From positions 50,592,001 to 50,656,000 of the forward strand of contig OZ024749.1 of NCBI GenBank assembly GCA_964016885.1: 64,000 nt of DNA, in the 5' to 3' direction. The DNA is from Eledone cirrhosa (lineage: Eukaryota). The notes under the pieces were generated by a model. The model had not been told where the DNA came from and did no database searches. It saw nothing but the letters and a program-made list of their open reading frames with translations. This document shows, in pieces, positions 1 to 13,372 of this stretch; position 1 is the stretch's first letter; the number at the start of each line of letters is the position of its first letter. The position numbers and the translations under genes are program-made.

Positions 1-62
1 TCCCAGTTTTCTCACAAGATGGTTGGCGTTATTAACGTTTCCAAGTTCCTGTACCATGAAGT

Positions 63-776
63 AGGGTTGAACTCCAGATTTGCTCATTGTCAAACGAGGG
101 TTGAACTCCAGATTTGCTCATTGTCAAACGAGGGTTGAACTCCAGATTTGCTCATTGTCAAACAAGGGTTGAACTCCAGATTTGCTCATTGTTAAATGAG
201 GGTTGAACTCCAGATTTGCTCATTGTCAAACGAGGGTTGAACTCCAGATTTGCTCATTGTCAAACGAGGGTTGAACTCCAGATTTGCTCATTGTCAAACG
301 AAGGTTGAACTCCAGATTTGCTCATTGTCAAACGAGGGTTGAACTCCAGATTTGCTCATTGTCAAACAAGGGTTGAACTCCAGATTTGCTCATTGTCAAA
401 CGAGGGTTGAACTCCAGATTTGCTCATTGTCAAACGAGGGTTGAACTCCAGATTTGCTCATTGTCAAACGAGGGTTGAACTCCAGATTTGCTCATTGTCA
501 AACGAGGGTTGAACTCCAGATTTGCTCATTGTCAAACGAGGGTTGAACTCCAGATTTGCTCATTGTCAAACAAGGGTTGAACTCCAGATTTGCTCATTGT
601 TAAATGAGGGTTGAACTCCAGATTTGCTCATTGTCAAACGAGGGTTGAACTCCAGATTTGCTCATTGTCAAACGAGGGTTGAACTCCAGATTTGCTCATT
701 GTCAAACGAGGGTTGAACTCCAGATTTGCTCATTGTCAAACGAGGGTTGAACTCCAGATTTGCTCATTGTCAAACG
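63..776. repeat. Tandem array, 21 x 34 bp (AGGGTTGAACTCCAGATTTGCTCATTGTCAAACG)
   Basis: Units start every 34 bp from 63 to 743, are near-identical and have no spacers. Confidence 0.97.
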
Positions 777-822
777 AAACTCCTTGAATTTGCCACTTGT
801 CAATTATAATACAGACATGATT

Positions 823-1010
823 AGGGCGGTGAATTGGCAGTATCGGTAGAGGGTTGGACGCCATGCTTTCTAGCATAGTTACGTCCCTTTACACTTTGAG
901 TTCAAATCCCGCCGAGGTTAACTTTGCCTTTCATCCATACGGGGTCGATAAAATAAAGTACCAGTAATGTACTGGGTGATTGCTGGCCTTGTGCCTAAAG
1001 TAGAAACAAT
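823..1010 (+). mobile_element. tRNA-derived SINE, main family (central domain resembles Meta-SINE)
   Basis: A box TGGCAGTATCGG, B box GAGTTCAAATCC, core GCCTTTCATCC..GGGGTCGATAAAATAAAGTACCAG, tail TAGAAACAAT; about 20 copies in the window. The Meta-domain name is from recall. Confidence 0.9.
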
Positions 1011-1395
1011 TATATTACAGACAGATGCAGATTACATTAATTATATACAGGATGTGTACTAATAGTGATAATGTGAAGAATAACAGAGACGTAGCCACAT
1101 TGGACATATTCGTTTCACGTAAGTTTCTGTGCTTGATTAAATGATGCTTTCACACTGAATATGTATCAGCAAGCTCACACCTTCGGAGAAATCCGTAGGC
1201 TGTATAATACCTGTCAACGATGATGAAATATAGGTATACTGTGCACAGAGAAGCAATTACTACCAGTTTCCAACACCGAAATACTCCAACGCAATTATCT
1301 AGGGAAGCAAAAGCCTAGCAGTCGACAGCAGCGTATTTTAATGGTAATAGGGTGCTCACCCTATTTTAGAGCATCTATGAACTTGAGAACTTCAA

Positions 1396-1463
<68 letters not shown>

Positions 1464-1487
1464 AAAAGGTATATATATATATATATA

Positions 1488-1521
<34 letters not shown>

Positions 1522-1526
<5 letters not shown>

Positions 1527-1585
1527 GGTTCAGAACCCCACTGACGGCAGAGCTCAAGCCGTTTCGACGGCTATTTTTTGACTAA
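1522..1585 (-). mobile_element. Family A Penelope-like end fragment
   Basis: GACGGCAGAGCTCAAGCCGTTTCGACGGCTATTT matches 24976-25168 and abuts (TA)n. Confidence 0.7.
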
Positions 1586-1896
1586 ATTGAATTTTTTGCG
1601 TGGAAATGGTATAGCCGAACTTTTCAAAGGGTAATTCCATATATGGACATACGATAATCATGCATTTCTGAAAGTTGTAGTTATCAAAATGATTGGTCGA
1701 AGTTTCTTGTAAACACAGTTAAATCTTTCATGACGGCGGGTAGGGGTGGGATGTGGCTGAACTTGCCTGTAGAACAATGAGGGATTGGGTGAAGCCGGTC
1801 AAGCATTAATAGTAAATTCTATACAACAAATTCTAAGGAGTATGGATGAAGTAGGCTATCTAGAAAGCAAGTGTGGTTCCTTACCACACTTTCTTC

Positions 1897-1929
<33 letters not shown>

Positions 1930-1933
<4 letters not shown>

Positions 1934-2626
1934 TAAAATGAAGAATTAGAAATAGGACTATCCATCATCAGTGATCTACTGGCCATCATAGGTATTTCTT
2001 CGCATTAAAGACCAGATACCTCATGCTAGCGCGAACAATAAGTAAAATAATTTATTGGGGTAAAAAGAATTGGGTGGAGAAAGAGAGACAGGTAAACAAA
2101 CACGAATGGTGAGGCAACTTAAAGAGAGGAAAAAAGGAGAAAATTAGGTCAGTGATTCATTTGAACATAAGAACTTGCGAATATTGACGAGAAGACGAGA
2201 GACACATCCCAACTATGCGAAAATAAGCGAGGAAACAATTACGCAGTGTAGGACGATGGAGGAAGTGAGAGAGAGGGTGAGTAGCAGAGAGTGAGTGAGT
2301 GAAAGTGTGGGGAAGAGGATAGCCGAGAGAGGTTGACAAGCAGGAGGCGGGGTGAATGAAAGTAAAAGGGAGAAGGAGATAGAAGGGGGAGAGAGAAAGA
2401 GGATAGTAGTAAGGGAAGGGAAAAAGACAGGTCACAGCGAAGGGGAAAGCATATAGGAATGAAAAATGGCGTGTTGTGTTGTTGCAAATGTGATGGATAG
2501 TCCTATTTCTAATTCTTCCTTTTAATTTGTATATCACATATGCAACAACACAGCACGCCATTTTTCATTCCTATATGCCTTCCCCTTCGCTGTGACATGT
2601 CTTTTTCTCTTCCCTTACTTCTATCC
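1930..2626 (-). mobile_element. Family F ~570-nt non-coding element with inverted permuted copy
   Basis: Homologous to 45001-45180 and 62551-63116; 94-bp inverted arms 2401-2494/2533-2626; 2491-2528 is an inverted copy of 1930-1967. Confidence 0.75.
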
Positions 2627-3097
2627 AAATGCATTTAGTTCAAATTGTATAAAATATTTTTGTTGCCGAATTGAGAAGTTAAGGAGCGGATGGAATTGAA
2701 AAAAAACGACAGGAACACAGTTACATATGATGCAGAGGTAGGAGATGGTAAGATATGAATGAAGATAGAAGGATATATACAGGGGAGTTATAAAGTGATA
2801 AGATTGGAAAATAAGGGAGGTAAATAAAAAGGAATAAGATGACGATTGAGAGTTAAAAACGAGTAAAGCATCATTTTTTTTATCGAATAATTTTTTTAGA
2901 TGTATTTTGGTAAGAGGTAATCCATCATTGGTAAATGCGAGAAAAATATAATAATCTTATCCATATGTTCCCTTAATAATTGACAAAATTTCAATGAACA
3001 CTAACTTCACTTTATTTTTCACAGCAACTGCAAAATTGCAACGGCTACATCAATCATTTACTAATGAATAGCTTCTTATATGTATACTATAGGTAAA

Positions 3098-3187
<90 letters not shown>

Positions 3188-3328
3188 TATATATGCGTTT
3201 GTGTGTGTAAGAAGAATTTTTCTGTAGACATGTATTGAATAAATTTTGTCAATGAAATCTTAACACGTTCAAACACTCACATTATATATGTATATAGATA
3301 TGTGTGTGTGTGTGTATGTGTGCGTGCG

Positions 3329-3377
<49 letters not shown>

Positions 3378-3918
3378 CTACATACCAACATTGCATATAA
3401 ATAAATAACTTGTGACGAACGAATACAACCATCCATCTTCTTCGACAACTACACACTGTGCAATGCAACTTAGTGTATAACAATGGGATTGCATAAAATT
3501 GAGCCCAGGTGAGAGGATGGCCTGAACCAGCCGTCGGAAAATACATGTGAATGAACACATCAATACAGAGGAAATCAAGAGACTATTTTTCGCATAGTAC
3601 AGAAAAGAGAGTACGTCAAAATACGAATAAAATGCCACAAGACTATAAGCTGGAGGGGATACGCTGCAGTCATTGCTTAAATTGGGATATATAAATATAC
3701 AGTAAAGAGGGATATATAAATATACGTTCTTTATCAAAGATAAGACACTGTAATTAGATAAGAGTGAGAGAGAGGGGGCTCTCCCCGGGTGTGTTAAACA
3801 CACATCTCTCCATTTCACGATACTTTTGGCAATCATCATACTGTGAAACTGGTGATTTTATAGTAAATAAAACTTCTTAAGGACTTCAATTACAATTTCA
3901 ACTCCAATTACTTGTTCC

Positions 3919-3954
<36 letters not shown>

Positions 3955-5888
3955 CGTATTGTGTGTGTGTGTATTGCGTGCGTATGTTGTGTGTGTAACT
4001 GTTTGTGTGTGTGTATGTCTGTAAGAGTGAGTATGTCCTTATGCGTTTCTTTGTGTATGTATCTGTACAAATTATGTGTATGTATAAATATGTATTCCCA
4101 GAAGTTCTTTATCTAAGTAAAGGCGGCTACGTACATATTGACTTTCACACTTAAATATGAGAATTTTAAAGAATAATTGGTTGCAGACATGACTACCAAA
4201 TCGAGCATCAAGAAGAACTAGCATCAGCTGCGACGAAAACTAACAGAGACAATTAATAGATATGACATTTATTTGTAATTATAAAACTAACACTGAAACC
4301 TCTCTTAAACATCATATTAGATATACAGTATTGTAAAAGTAAGCCAATATGTGAATCTGCATTATCGTACTCTTCTATACACTATAATATTAAATGAAAT
4401 GATAAGCGGATCATGATGTGATAGAATTCCTTCATATTTCTTGTTCATCAATGCAGACTTATGCTTAAAAACGACAACAATAATGAACTAAACTTAAAAT
4501 GTTCAATAGTTTTACCTCCCAAATATAAATATCTTAAAAGAGACACAAAATTTTAGATCTCAAAATTTACACTAAAATATCTACAAATCTACCTACCTAC
4601 GTAACAATACATATACATACATATATATATACATGTACACGTATATACGCATATACATACACACAACATACGTCATATTTTCGTTGTTCTTTCGTTCTTC
4701 TATCTGTTCAAGCGACATCTGATAAAGTGTATTCATGCTATGGTAGTCACTTTTTTTTTATTTTATTTTATTTTTGTCGGCGTGAATTGTATAAACAGGG
4801 CTATATAATTCAATGGCACCCACGGATAGTTTGAGGGCGATTAGGTTCTTATATCTAACAGATTGAAGAAACACAATACATCTTTCTCCTTGACTTTTGT
4901 TTTACGATTAAATGACTTGGATAAGATATAATTGGATAAGATATAACACATTTTCTCCAACAAACTGTCTCTCTACAATCTATTCTGCTGCAAACCATTT
5001 AATCTCGCCCATGAGGTTCCGGTCGTTGAAACTTCACGCTCGCCTTGTTAAAGATATTTCATTTAATCAAATTCAATAGAATATTATGGTAATTTCTTTC
5101 GTCCGTCTTTCAATATCCTCATTATCTTCTTCTCATTCTTTTTCTTGCAAGTGCTAACTAAAATGCCGTATACAGACATTTTACTATTCTAGAAGTATTT
5201 GAAACAATTTAGCAAGTCATTGGAGCGTAAATGAAAAATTTAAGTAATAAAATGTAAGATTAAAACGTAAAACTAATCAGCAAATGGCAATAGAGAGAAT
5301 CTATTGATAATCAAATTATTTTTAACCGGACCAATCGTGATTAAAACACTTTAGTATAGAAGAGTAATATTTGTATGTCACGAAAATTTAATGCGAACAT
5401 ACTGAAAGGTTTTAACGAAGACAATCTGTCAGCGTAAATTAAGATACAGTGTTACTGTTCCTATCTTTTAGATTTTAATTAAGATGTTCTAATTAATTGT
5501 AAGAGAGTGCAGATGGTGGAATCGATATAAGAGCACAGGGGAAAAAATATGTTTTGTTATACTGTGTAGTGTCTGCGACGTAGACAATTAGCCGTCAACA
5601 GTCAAGTCCAACGAAATATCGATGCCTCTGGTATCATAGAATAACTATCTGCTGACGAACTGCTATGATGGGTAATGGGATGTTTATTAGTTTTGTCTTG
5701 TAGTTTCAGGCACAATTATCATCGTTAATGATGGCTATGATTTACTAGTGACATGTTAAGGAACGGTTTTGACGTTAATACGTTTAACGGTACCCAATAT
5801 GGAGACCTTCTGGTACAGTCACCCTCATAAATAAATGGGAAGAAGAGGAAGAAGAAGTTAAAATTCTTGTTTTCGTTATTGTGGCATA

Positions 5889-6030
5889 GAGTTCAAATCC
5901 CAGCGAGGCAGGCTTTACCTTCCATCATTACCGCATCGATGAAATACAGTACCCGTAATGCACTGGAGTCGATTTAATCGACTTTTATCTCCCACCAAAG
6001 TGTTGGCCTTGTACCTTAATCAGAAACATT
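5889..6030 (+). mobile_element. SINE, 5'-truncated long variant
   Basis: B box, core and extra GTCGATTTAATCGAC segment. Confidence 0.75.
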
Positions 6031-6042
6031 TATATAATATAT

Positions 6043-6233
6043 TTCTTTCTACTTTTGGCACAAGGCCAACAATTATCCCAGTACATTAATGATACTTTAT
6101 TTTATCGACTCTGTAAGGATGAAAGGCACATTGAACCTCGGCGGGATTTGAACTCAGACTATAAAGGGGCGTAACTCTATGCTGCAAAACATGGCGTCCG
6201 ACCTTCTACCGATACTGCCAATCCCCCGCCCTT
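6043..6233 (-). mobile_element. SINE, main family
   Basis: Reverse complement of 823-1010. Confidence 0.9.
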
Positions 6234-7363
6234 ATATAAAGCATAATATATTATGAGTAAGTATGTTTGGAAGAATTCTTATATCGTTGGACAAAATTAC
6301 TTGGAATATTCACGGCGCTTTACCAGGTTAGTTATGAGGCCAGTGTGATCGACACTGTCTTTCAACAATTCCTGTGCTGATAACATAACTACAATTGAGG
6401 TATGGGTGTCAATATATTTGATTATACACGTTCCAAAAATTGAGTTATGTTATCTATATTATAAAGCAATATATTCAGATGCTGAAATGTATATAAGACG
6501 TATATATTTATAGCCATGGGTGGAACTGTATCTGCTGTCTACCACGAACTTTATCTATTATTTTTATCATTAGGTCAAGAAATGAACGATCTTGTCTTTA
6601 CAAAGAAATCAAAGAGAAAATACCATCATGTTTCATAAATAATATTACTTTTATTAAATCTGACGAGATTCGATTTTTTCGATAGCTTTCTTTGTATCAG
6701 ACACCAATTAGGTAATTTTCACAGAGCCTCAATGTCAAGATTTTTTTAGAACCTGTGTTTATTCGCCTCGTCGTTTGGAAAGTTTTCCTGAAGACTAAGA
6801 GTGTCGGCCATTGCTACATCTCCTCTAGTCATTTGTCGCTGTTTGCTCAGAGATTCTTATACGTTCTTATACGTCCTTAAATCGTAACTAATCGAGATGT
6901 TAGGTATCTGTATCACTAATCGCCTTCAACAACCTATTCTTTAACAGAATATAAATTATGTATTTGTAATAGATTTTATTCGATTTAGCTCAGTAGATTA
7001 TTGACCAAGATAAATATTCGATTCAATGTCATAATTAAAACATTACATACGAAGCTCGTTGAACAATAATATAGATTGAACTTTATAACAGCAAAATGTC
7101 AGAATTTATTCGGTGAGAAATTTATTCAATTAGATCGATCTGACTATTTGACTTGTACTTAGTTTAGTTACACAGGAAAGAGAAAGGCCAATGCTTTCCT
7201 CAGAGGGATTTCTTTCTTGACTCTACAATTACTACAACGACATCTGCACCTGGGGTCGAGGTTGCTGCCTACACACCTACATACAGTCACACTTCCTTAT
7301 GTCAGAAGGAAGAGCGTTAATTTCCCCTGAGGGATTAAGCGCTTGGTTATATTGTTACTGAAT

Positions 7364-7740
7364 GTGGCAGAGTCGTAGGAATATCGAATAAAATACTTTA
7401 GGGTATTCGTTCAAGCTCAGTGCTCTCGGAGTTCAAATCCCGCCGATAGCAACTTTGCCTTACATCCTTTCGAGGTCGATAAATAAAGTACCTGTCTAGT
7501 ACTGGGGTCGATTCTTCCCCTACATCTCTTTCTTATTACCCCTCTCTCGTTTTCTTTCTTTCTCTGGAAAAAATCTGCTGCACTCAGGCCTGAAGAGAGA
7601 TAGGCTCGGCCAGGCTTAAAATGCACAAGAAACGCTGCATGTCAATACGGCGCCCCAACGCTGCATGTCAATACGGCGCCCCAACGCTGCATGTCAATAC
7701 GGCACCCAATAAGGAGTTACGGTACCAGACATACATACAT
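7364..7740 (+). mobile_element. SINE with the same core but a different 3' tail
   Basis: A/B boxes and core, then CTGGAAAAAATCTGCTG.. tail shared with 17221-17533; contains a 3x26-bp tandem at 7631-7708. Confidence 0.8.
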
Positions 7741-8059
7741 ATTGTTACTACAACTTAATTACTGGGCCTAGCTAACTGCATACACTTTCCGTTCTTATGC
7801 CCACTTCGTCACATTCCAGCAGCAGATAAATTATAGATTTTAGTAATAGAAATCTTTGTCAATTTTTTCAGCTCCTTCACACTCGTGTTTTTCCAACCGA
7901 TATTTACCTACAGAGACTTAAATGGAAACTGAAAGTGTTCAGTTTCTATAATTTTGGGACAGCAAATATCACTTTCACACCCATCACTAAATATCAGAAA
8001 ATGTTGACTAACATATCAGAATTATTGAACATAAAACAGTAAGTTGCTCCTGATATACA

Positions 8060-8095
<36 letters not shown>

Positions 8096-8145
8096 TGTTG
8101 GTATTTCAATCGTTAAACTAATACTCACGTAGATACATACTCATA

Positions 8146-8243
<98 letters not shown>

Positions 8244-8291
8244 TAGATATGAGTATGTATATATATATATATATATATAGATAGATATGAG

Positions 8292-8347
<56 letters not shown>

Positions 8348-8423
8348 TATATATATATATATATGCATATATATATATATATGCATATATATATATATAT
8401 ATATATCCACGCTCTGTCCTCTT

Positions 8424-8489
<66 letters not shown>

Positions 8490-8997
8490 ATATAGATATA
8501 GATATCTGTGTGTGTGTAAGTGTGTGCCGATATATAATACATTATACGACAAAGACTCCATGATAAAATTTCGTGCCAAAGCTAATGGCAATAATCTGTT
8601 AGTCATAAGTTGGTAAAAGATCTATGAACATATTATAATTTAAGGACATTGATTGTGATTTCTCAGATTGATTTTTGCGTATTTTTTTTTTTGTTCTTTC
8701 TCTTAAATTCAAGACTTCATAGATTGATTAGGTAGAAACGAAGAACAAGGTGAAGTAACCAAAAATAAAAAATAAACAATGTCAGATCTAAGTGGTGGCC
8801 AGAAGTAATGGTACACTTCAATTATCGACTATTGCAACGTAATAATTTGTGTAACGAGTATATCTACCTACCCTAATTTCTATCTATCTGTCTGTCTATT
8901 GATCTATCTAGCTATCTAGAAATATGTCTATATCAAGATATTTAACTATCTGTTTATCTGACTATATATGTATCTATCTATCTATTATTCTATTATC

Positions 8998-9108
<111 letters not shown>

Positions 9109-9198
9109 GATAGATAGATACATAGTTTCGATACATAGAAGTACAGAAACACACATGCATACATATATACATACATACACGCATTCCAAGATATATAT

Positions 9199-9233
<35 letters not shown>

Positions 9234-9370
9234 CATGTGTCTATGTAGGTACTGATATATGTATTTGCTGTCGATTTGCTGTCACTTGAAAACTGCAAAG
9301 CATACACTTCCTGCCAATTATAGACATACATATATACATACATATATATAGATATATAAATATAGATATA

Positions 9371-9423
<53 letters not shown>

Positions 9424-9437
9424 TTACATATATATGG

Positions 9438-9494
<57 letters not shown>

Positions 9495-9505
9495 CATATA
9501 TATGG

Positions 9506-9574
<69 letters not shown>

Positions 9575-9585
9575 CATATATATGG

Positions 9586-9622
<37 letters not shown>

Positions 9623-9633
9623 CATATATATGG

Positions 9634-9682
<49 letters not shown>

Positions 9683-9706
9683 TATGGTAACATATATATA
9701 TATATA

Positions 9707-9966
9707 TATCACCTTCACCTTGAGCGACCAGTCTGTCGGGCGCCAATCGACGCCGCTGGTCACACCACGTAGTGCTGTTTTAGCCATAAGATAACGCCAT
9801 CCCACTGGCTGGGAGGGCAGGCTGGTACACATTTCTACAGCTGAGTAAACTGGAGCAACGTGAAATAAAGTGTCTTGCTCAAAGAAACAAAACATCACCC
9901 GGTCCGAAAATTGAACTCACAACCTTTCGATTTAACCACAATGCTTGAACGACTAAGCCATGCGCC

Positions 9967-9971
<5 letters not shown>
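9707..9971 (-). mobile_element. CORE-type tRNA SINE
   Basis: Minus strand has TGGCTTAGTCG A box, GAGTTCAATT B box and TTGAGCAAGACACTT CORE-like motif; second copy at 60289-60431. Confidence 0.8.
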
Positions 9972-10002
<31 letters not shown>

Positions 10003-10283
10003 TACACACATACATTATTAAATATTCGAAGTGTTAATATTTAGTGGGCTAGAGAGTTAGCAGAGCGTAAGCACGTCCGATTTCTTACTTTCCCATGTAT
10101 ATATATATATATGTGTGTGTATGTATCTATCATTTAATCAAATGATATAACTATTTATATACCTGCCTATCTCTCTATTTGTATAAGTGTATATATATAT
10201 ATATATATATACCTTTATATTATACTCTAGATTCTATTCGTTTCTTGTTCCTATCGTTCACACTTGCATTGAAGAACTATATA

Positions 10284-10464
10284 AATGTTTCTATTTTAGG
10301 CACAAGGCCAGCAATAAACCAGTACATTACTGGTACTTTATTTTATCGACCCCGTAAGGATGAAAGGCAAAGTTAACCTCGGCCGGATTTGAACTCAGAT
10401 CGTAAAGGGACGTAACTATGCTGGAAAGCCTGTCTGACCCTCTACCGATACTGCCAATTCACCG
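10284..10464 (-). mobile_element. SINE, main family
   Basis: Reverse complement of the family consensus. Confidence 0.9.
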
Positions 10465-10692
10465 ATAATGTACAGTATTGGTTCCTTCTATATAACTCTT
10501 GCTTTCACTAACAGGTTAATATCCGATGCCGGTGTGCTGCGGCTGCTGCGACTGTTTCTTCTACTACTACTACTGCTGACACTGATTCTGTTGCTAGTAT
10601 GGTTATGATATATGTAGATAGTATATAGATTTAGGAGAATGCAGACATATACTAACGCAAAAACTGTTATACGAAGAGATACATTGACAGAC

Positions 10693-10734
<42 letters not shown>

Positions 10735-10816
10735 ATATATACAGCCATATATATAGCCGTATATACAGACATACATAATATGAATATATAAATATATATA
10801 TATATATATATTTATC

Positions 10817-11033
10817 TATTAAAATAACAGATTAAACTTTAAGCAAAGTATCGCTGCTTCACCCTTAACGGGATCTTCTCAGACTTTCAGAAGATCCCGT
10901 TAAGGGTGAAGACAGCGATTCTTTGCTTAAACTTTAATCTGTTATTTTAATAAATATTTGCTCTACGGTTCTTATATATTTGATATATATTTATGCTTAT
11001 CGAGCCCTTTTGGGATTTTAGCCTTCAAATTTA

Positions 11034-11043
<10 letters not shown>
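10817..11043 (+). mobile_element. Family B fold-back element in (TA)n
   Basis: Arms 10817-10879/10889-10952 plus unique tail; relatives at 11100-11258, 24412-24463, 24797-24852, 55917-55957. Confidence 0.8.
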
Positions 11044-11099
<56 letters not shown>

Positions 11100-11102
<3 letters not shown>

Positions 11103-11258
11103 ATAATAATAAACGTGAAGACTAAAATCCGAAGAGAGCTCGACAAGGATAATGTATATTTCAAATATATAAAAACCATAGACCAAATATTTCAGAAGAT
11201 CCGGCTAAAAGTAAAAGCAACGGTTCTTTGCTTAAACTTCAATCTGTTATTTTAATAT
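11100..11258 (-). mobile_element. Family B element, rearranged
   Basis: Tail in minus orientation joined to the arm sequence in plus orientation. Confidence 0.7.
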
Positions 11259-11330
11259 ATGTATATATATATGTAAATATAAAATAAAGTTAAATAAAAG
11301 TCAAATGATTAAAATTTAGCTTCGTTTATT

Positions 11331-11385
11331 ACTGCTATATATATTTCAGTGACAGCCATCTTTGGCTGTGACCTCTTCAGGCAGT
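11331..11385 (-). ncRNA. Hammerhead ribozyme, inverted copy
   Basis: Reverse complement of 11487-11541 with one stem II substitution. Confidence 0.8.
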
Positions 11386-11486
11386 TTGAATTAGTATGGT
11401 ATAGACAAGTACATATGTTGTTTAGGTGTATGACAATATCATACACCTAAACAACATATGTACTTGTCTATACCATACTAATTCAA

Positions 11487-11541
11487 ACTGCCTGAAGAGG
11501 TGACAGCCAAAGATGGCTGTCACTGAAATATATATAGCAGT
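11487..11541 (+). ncRNA. Minimal type I hammerhead ribozyme
   Basis: ACTGC-CTGAAGA-GGTGACAGCCA(AAGA)TGGCTGTCACT-GAAA-TATATA-TA-GCAGT: 5-bp stem I, 11-bp stem II, palindromic stem III. Confidence 0.88.
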
Positions 11542-11682
11542 AATAAACGAAGCTAAATTTTAATCATTTGACTTTTATTTAACTTTATTTTACACTACTC
11601 CGGAGTAACCAAACCAACCTGCGCACTTCGTCGAGTGCTCCAGGCTGCATACTGAGGTGTTGGTATACAACCAACATAAACT

Positions 11683-11719
<37 letters not shown>

Positions 11720-11721
<2 letters not shown>

Positions 11722-11838
11722 TTTATCCCGTGTTCAATAGGGGGCAACCACAGTAAGTAAGGTACTCAATACATTGCAGAGTATAAATATTTAATGATTT
11801 CTCCGGAATGAAACAGTTCTAGTCTTGTAAAAGCCATT

Positions 11839-11845
<7 letters not shown>
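11720..11845. mobile_element. Family E element, rearranged
   Basis: Minus-strand tail joined to plus-strand GATTTCTCCGGAATGAAACAGTTCTAGTC; matches 22838-22986 and 63453-63638. Confidence 0.75.
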
Positions 11846-11887
<42 letters not shown>

Positions 11888-11891
<4 letters not shown>

Positions 11892-12333
11892 AGCTGACTT
11901 TTGGGAGGCTCCCATGCAGCTCTGAGTTTTTCATCCTCAGTGTATACTGATTAATGTTCAGAGCCATCCTCAGCATTCTCGTGTAGCACCCATCCACCAT
12001 CTGAGGGAGTTTCTTGGTCAGTGTACAAGTCTCAGACCCGTACAGCAGCACATACCCCACTACAGCAATGAAGAGGCGGATTTTCAGGTCTTTACGAGGA
12101 GACTGAGGTTAGCTGGACATGCTCACCGACATCCATAGTTGACATTGCACTCAGTGCTCCTGTGGGAGCTCCTACATGGACACACTGGAAGAGGAAGACC
12201 GAGGTTAACATATGTTGATGCCCTAAGGACAGAAACTGGTCTCTTGTAGACGCAGGATATGGCAGCGATAATGAGGGACAGAGACTGCTGGAGAGAACTC
12301 GTCCATGGATCTCGGGAATTTTACCCACCCTAG
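11888..12333. mobile_element. RTE-type LINE 3' fragment with internal inversion
   Basis: Minus 12096-11888 reads KIRLFIAVVGYVLLYGSETCTLTKK..DGCYTRMLRMALN..LPKVS; plus 12097-12333 reads RRLRLAGH..RHP..GRPRLTYVDAL..MRDRDCW with stops and frameshifts. Both are typical RTE/RTE-X C-terminal motifs. Confidence 0.85.
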
Positions 12334-12958
12334 AATATATATTTGGGTTTATATATATATATATATGCACTTGTATATATATATATATATGTGTGTATAT
12401 TTACACATATATACATATATACATATATACCTTTTTCTGGTTATGCCTAATGCCTACGCTGGGATACAACAGTGGCTATTATATAAGTTGGGTGCTTATT
12501 TTATCGATTTCCTTTTGTCGAAGCGCTATCTTTCAGGTCATAGTCACGCGAATCTAGACCAAGACAGGGCTTCTCATATTTCTACATACACAGACAGACA
12601 CACCACACATATATTTGTTTTCTGTGTATACGTGTGTATATATACCACCAACGCAGCACCTACATGTATTGTAATCAGGCAAGAATACGCGTCTAATACT
12701 ATACACTCTGTTTATATATACATATATTCAAGATTTGCTCTGCGATAGATAAAAAAATATCATCGATTTATTTAGAAACAAAGGTTTAAAATTGGTATTT
12801 GCTAAAACAGCCGATGTTTGCTGTAACTGTTGACAAGTATACTAGAGTATTCTCGGCAGATGTCGCTGTAGTTCACTCTAGAGGTTGGGTATATTTCTTA
12901 ATTTTGAGATATCTCAGAGCTAAATATCTACACAGGCATAAACATAACTATACGAATA

Positions 12959-12993
<35 letters not shown>

Positions 12994-13117
12994 CCACACC
13001 CTTCCACCACCTGTTTACCCCCCTTTTAATTTCAGTTTATTTTGATCATGCCTTTATTTTTAAATTTTCTCATTCCTTGTATTTTGATCATGCTTTATTT
13101 TTATTTATTATATTTTT

Positions 13118-13211
<94 letters not shown>

Positions 13212-13214
13212 TAC

Positions 13215-13251
<37 letters not shown>

Positions 13252-13267
13252 CACATATGTATATATG

Positions 13268-13372
<105 letters not shown>

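Larger units (their letters stand above)
11280..11688 (+). mobile_element. Family C fold-back Penelope-like end
   Basis: 154-bp arms 11280-11433/11439-11592, 5-nt loop, ~95-nt tail into (TA)n; contains a hammerhead followed by AATAAA. Confidence 0.85.

Noticed and set aside
63-776. CRISPR-like 34-bp repeats
   Set aside because: Units are contiguous with no spacers, there are no cas genes and the context is eukaryotic.
823-1010. tRNA genes suggested by A/B boxes
   Set aside because: No cloverleaf, and the boxes continue into the SINE core and tail.
10888-10912. Family B hammerhead (CAGAAGA-TCCCGTTAAGGGT-GAA)
   Set aside because: The core reads CAG rather than CUG in two copies and stem I is unclear, so it is not called as a ribozyme.
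11280-11592. MITE or pre-miRNA reading of the hairpins
   Set aside because: Asymmetric unique tails, variable arm lengths within families and ribozyme cores fit retro-insertion fold-backs better; not formally excluded for families G and J.
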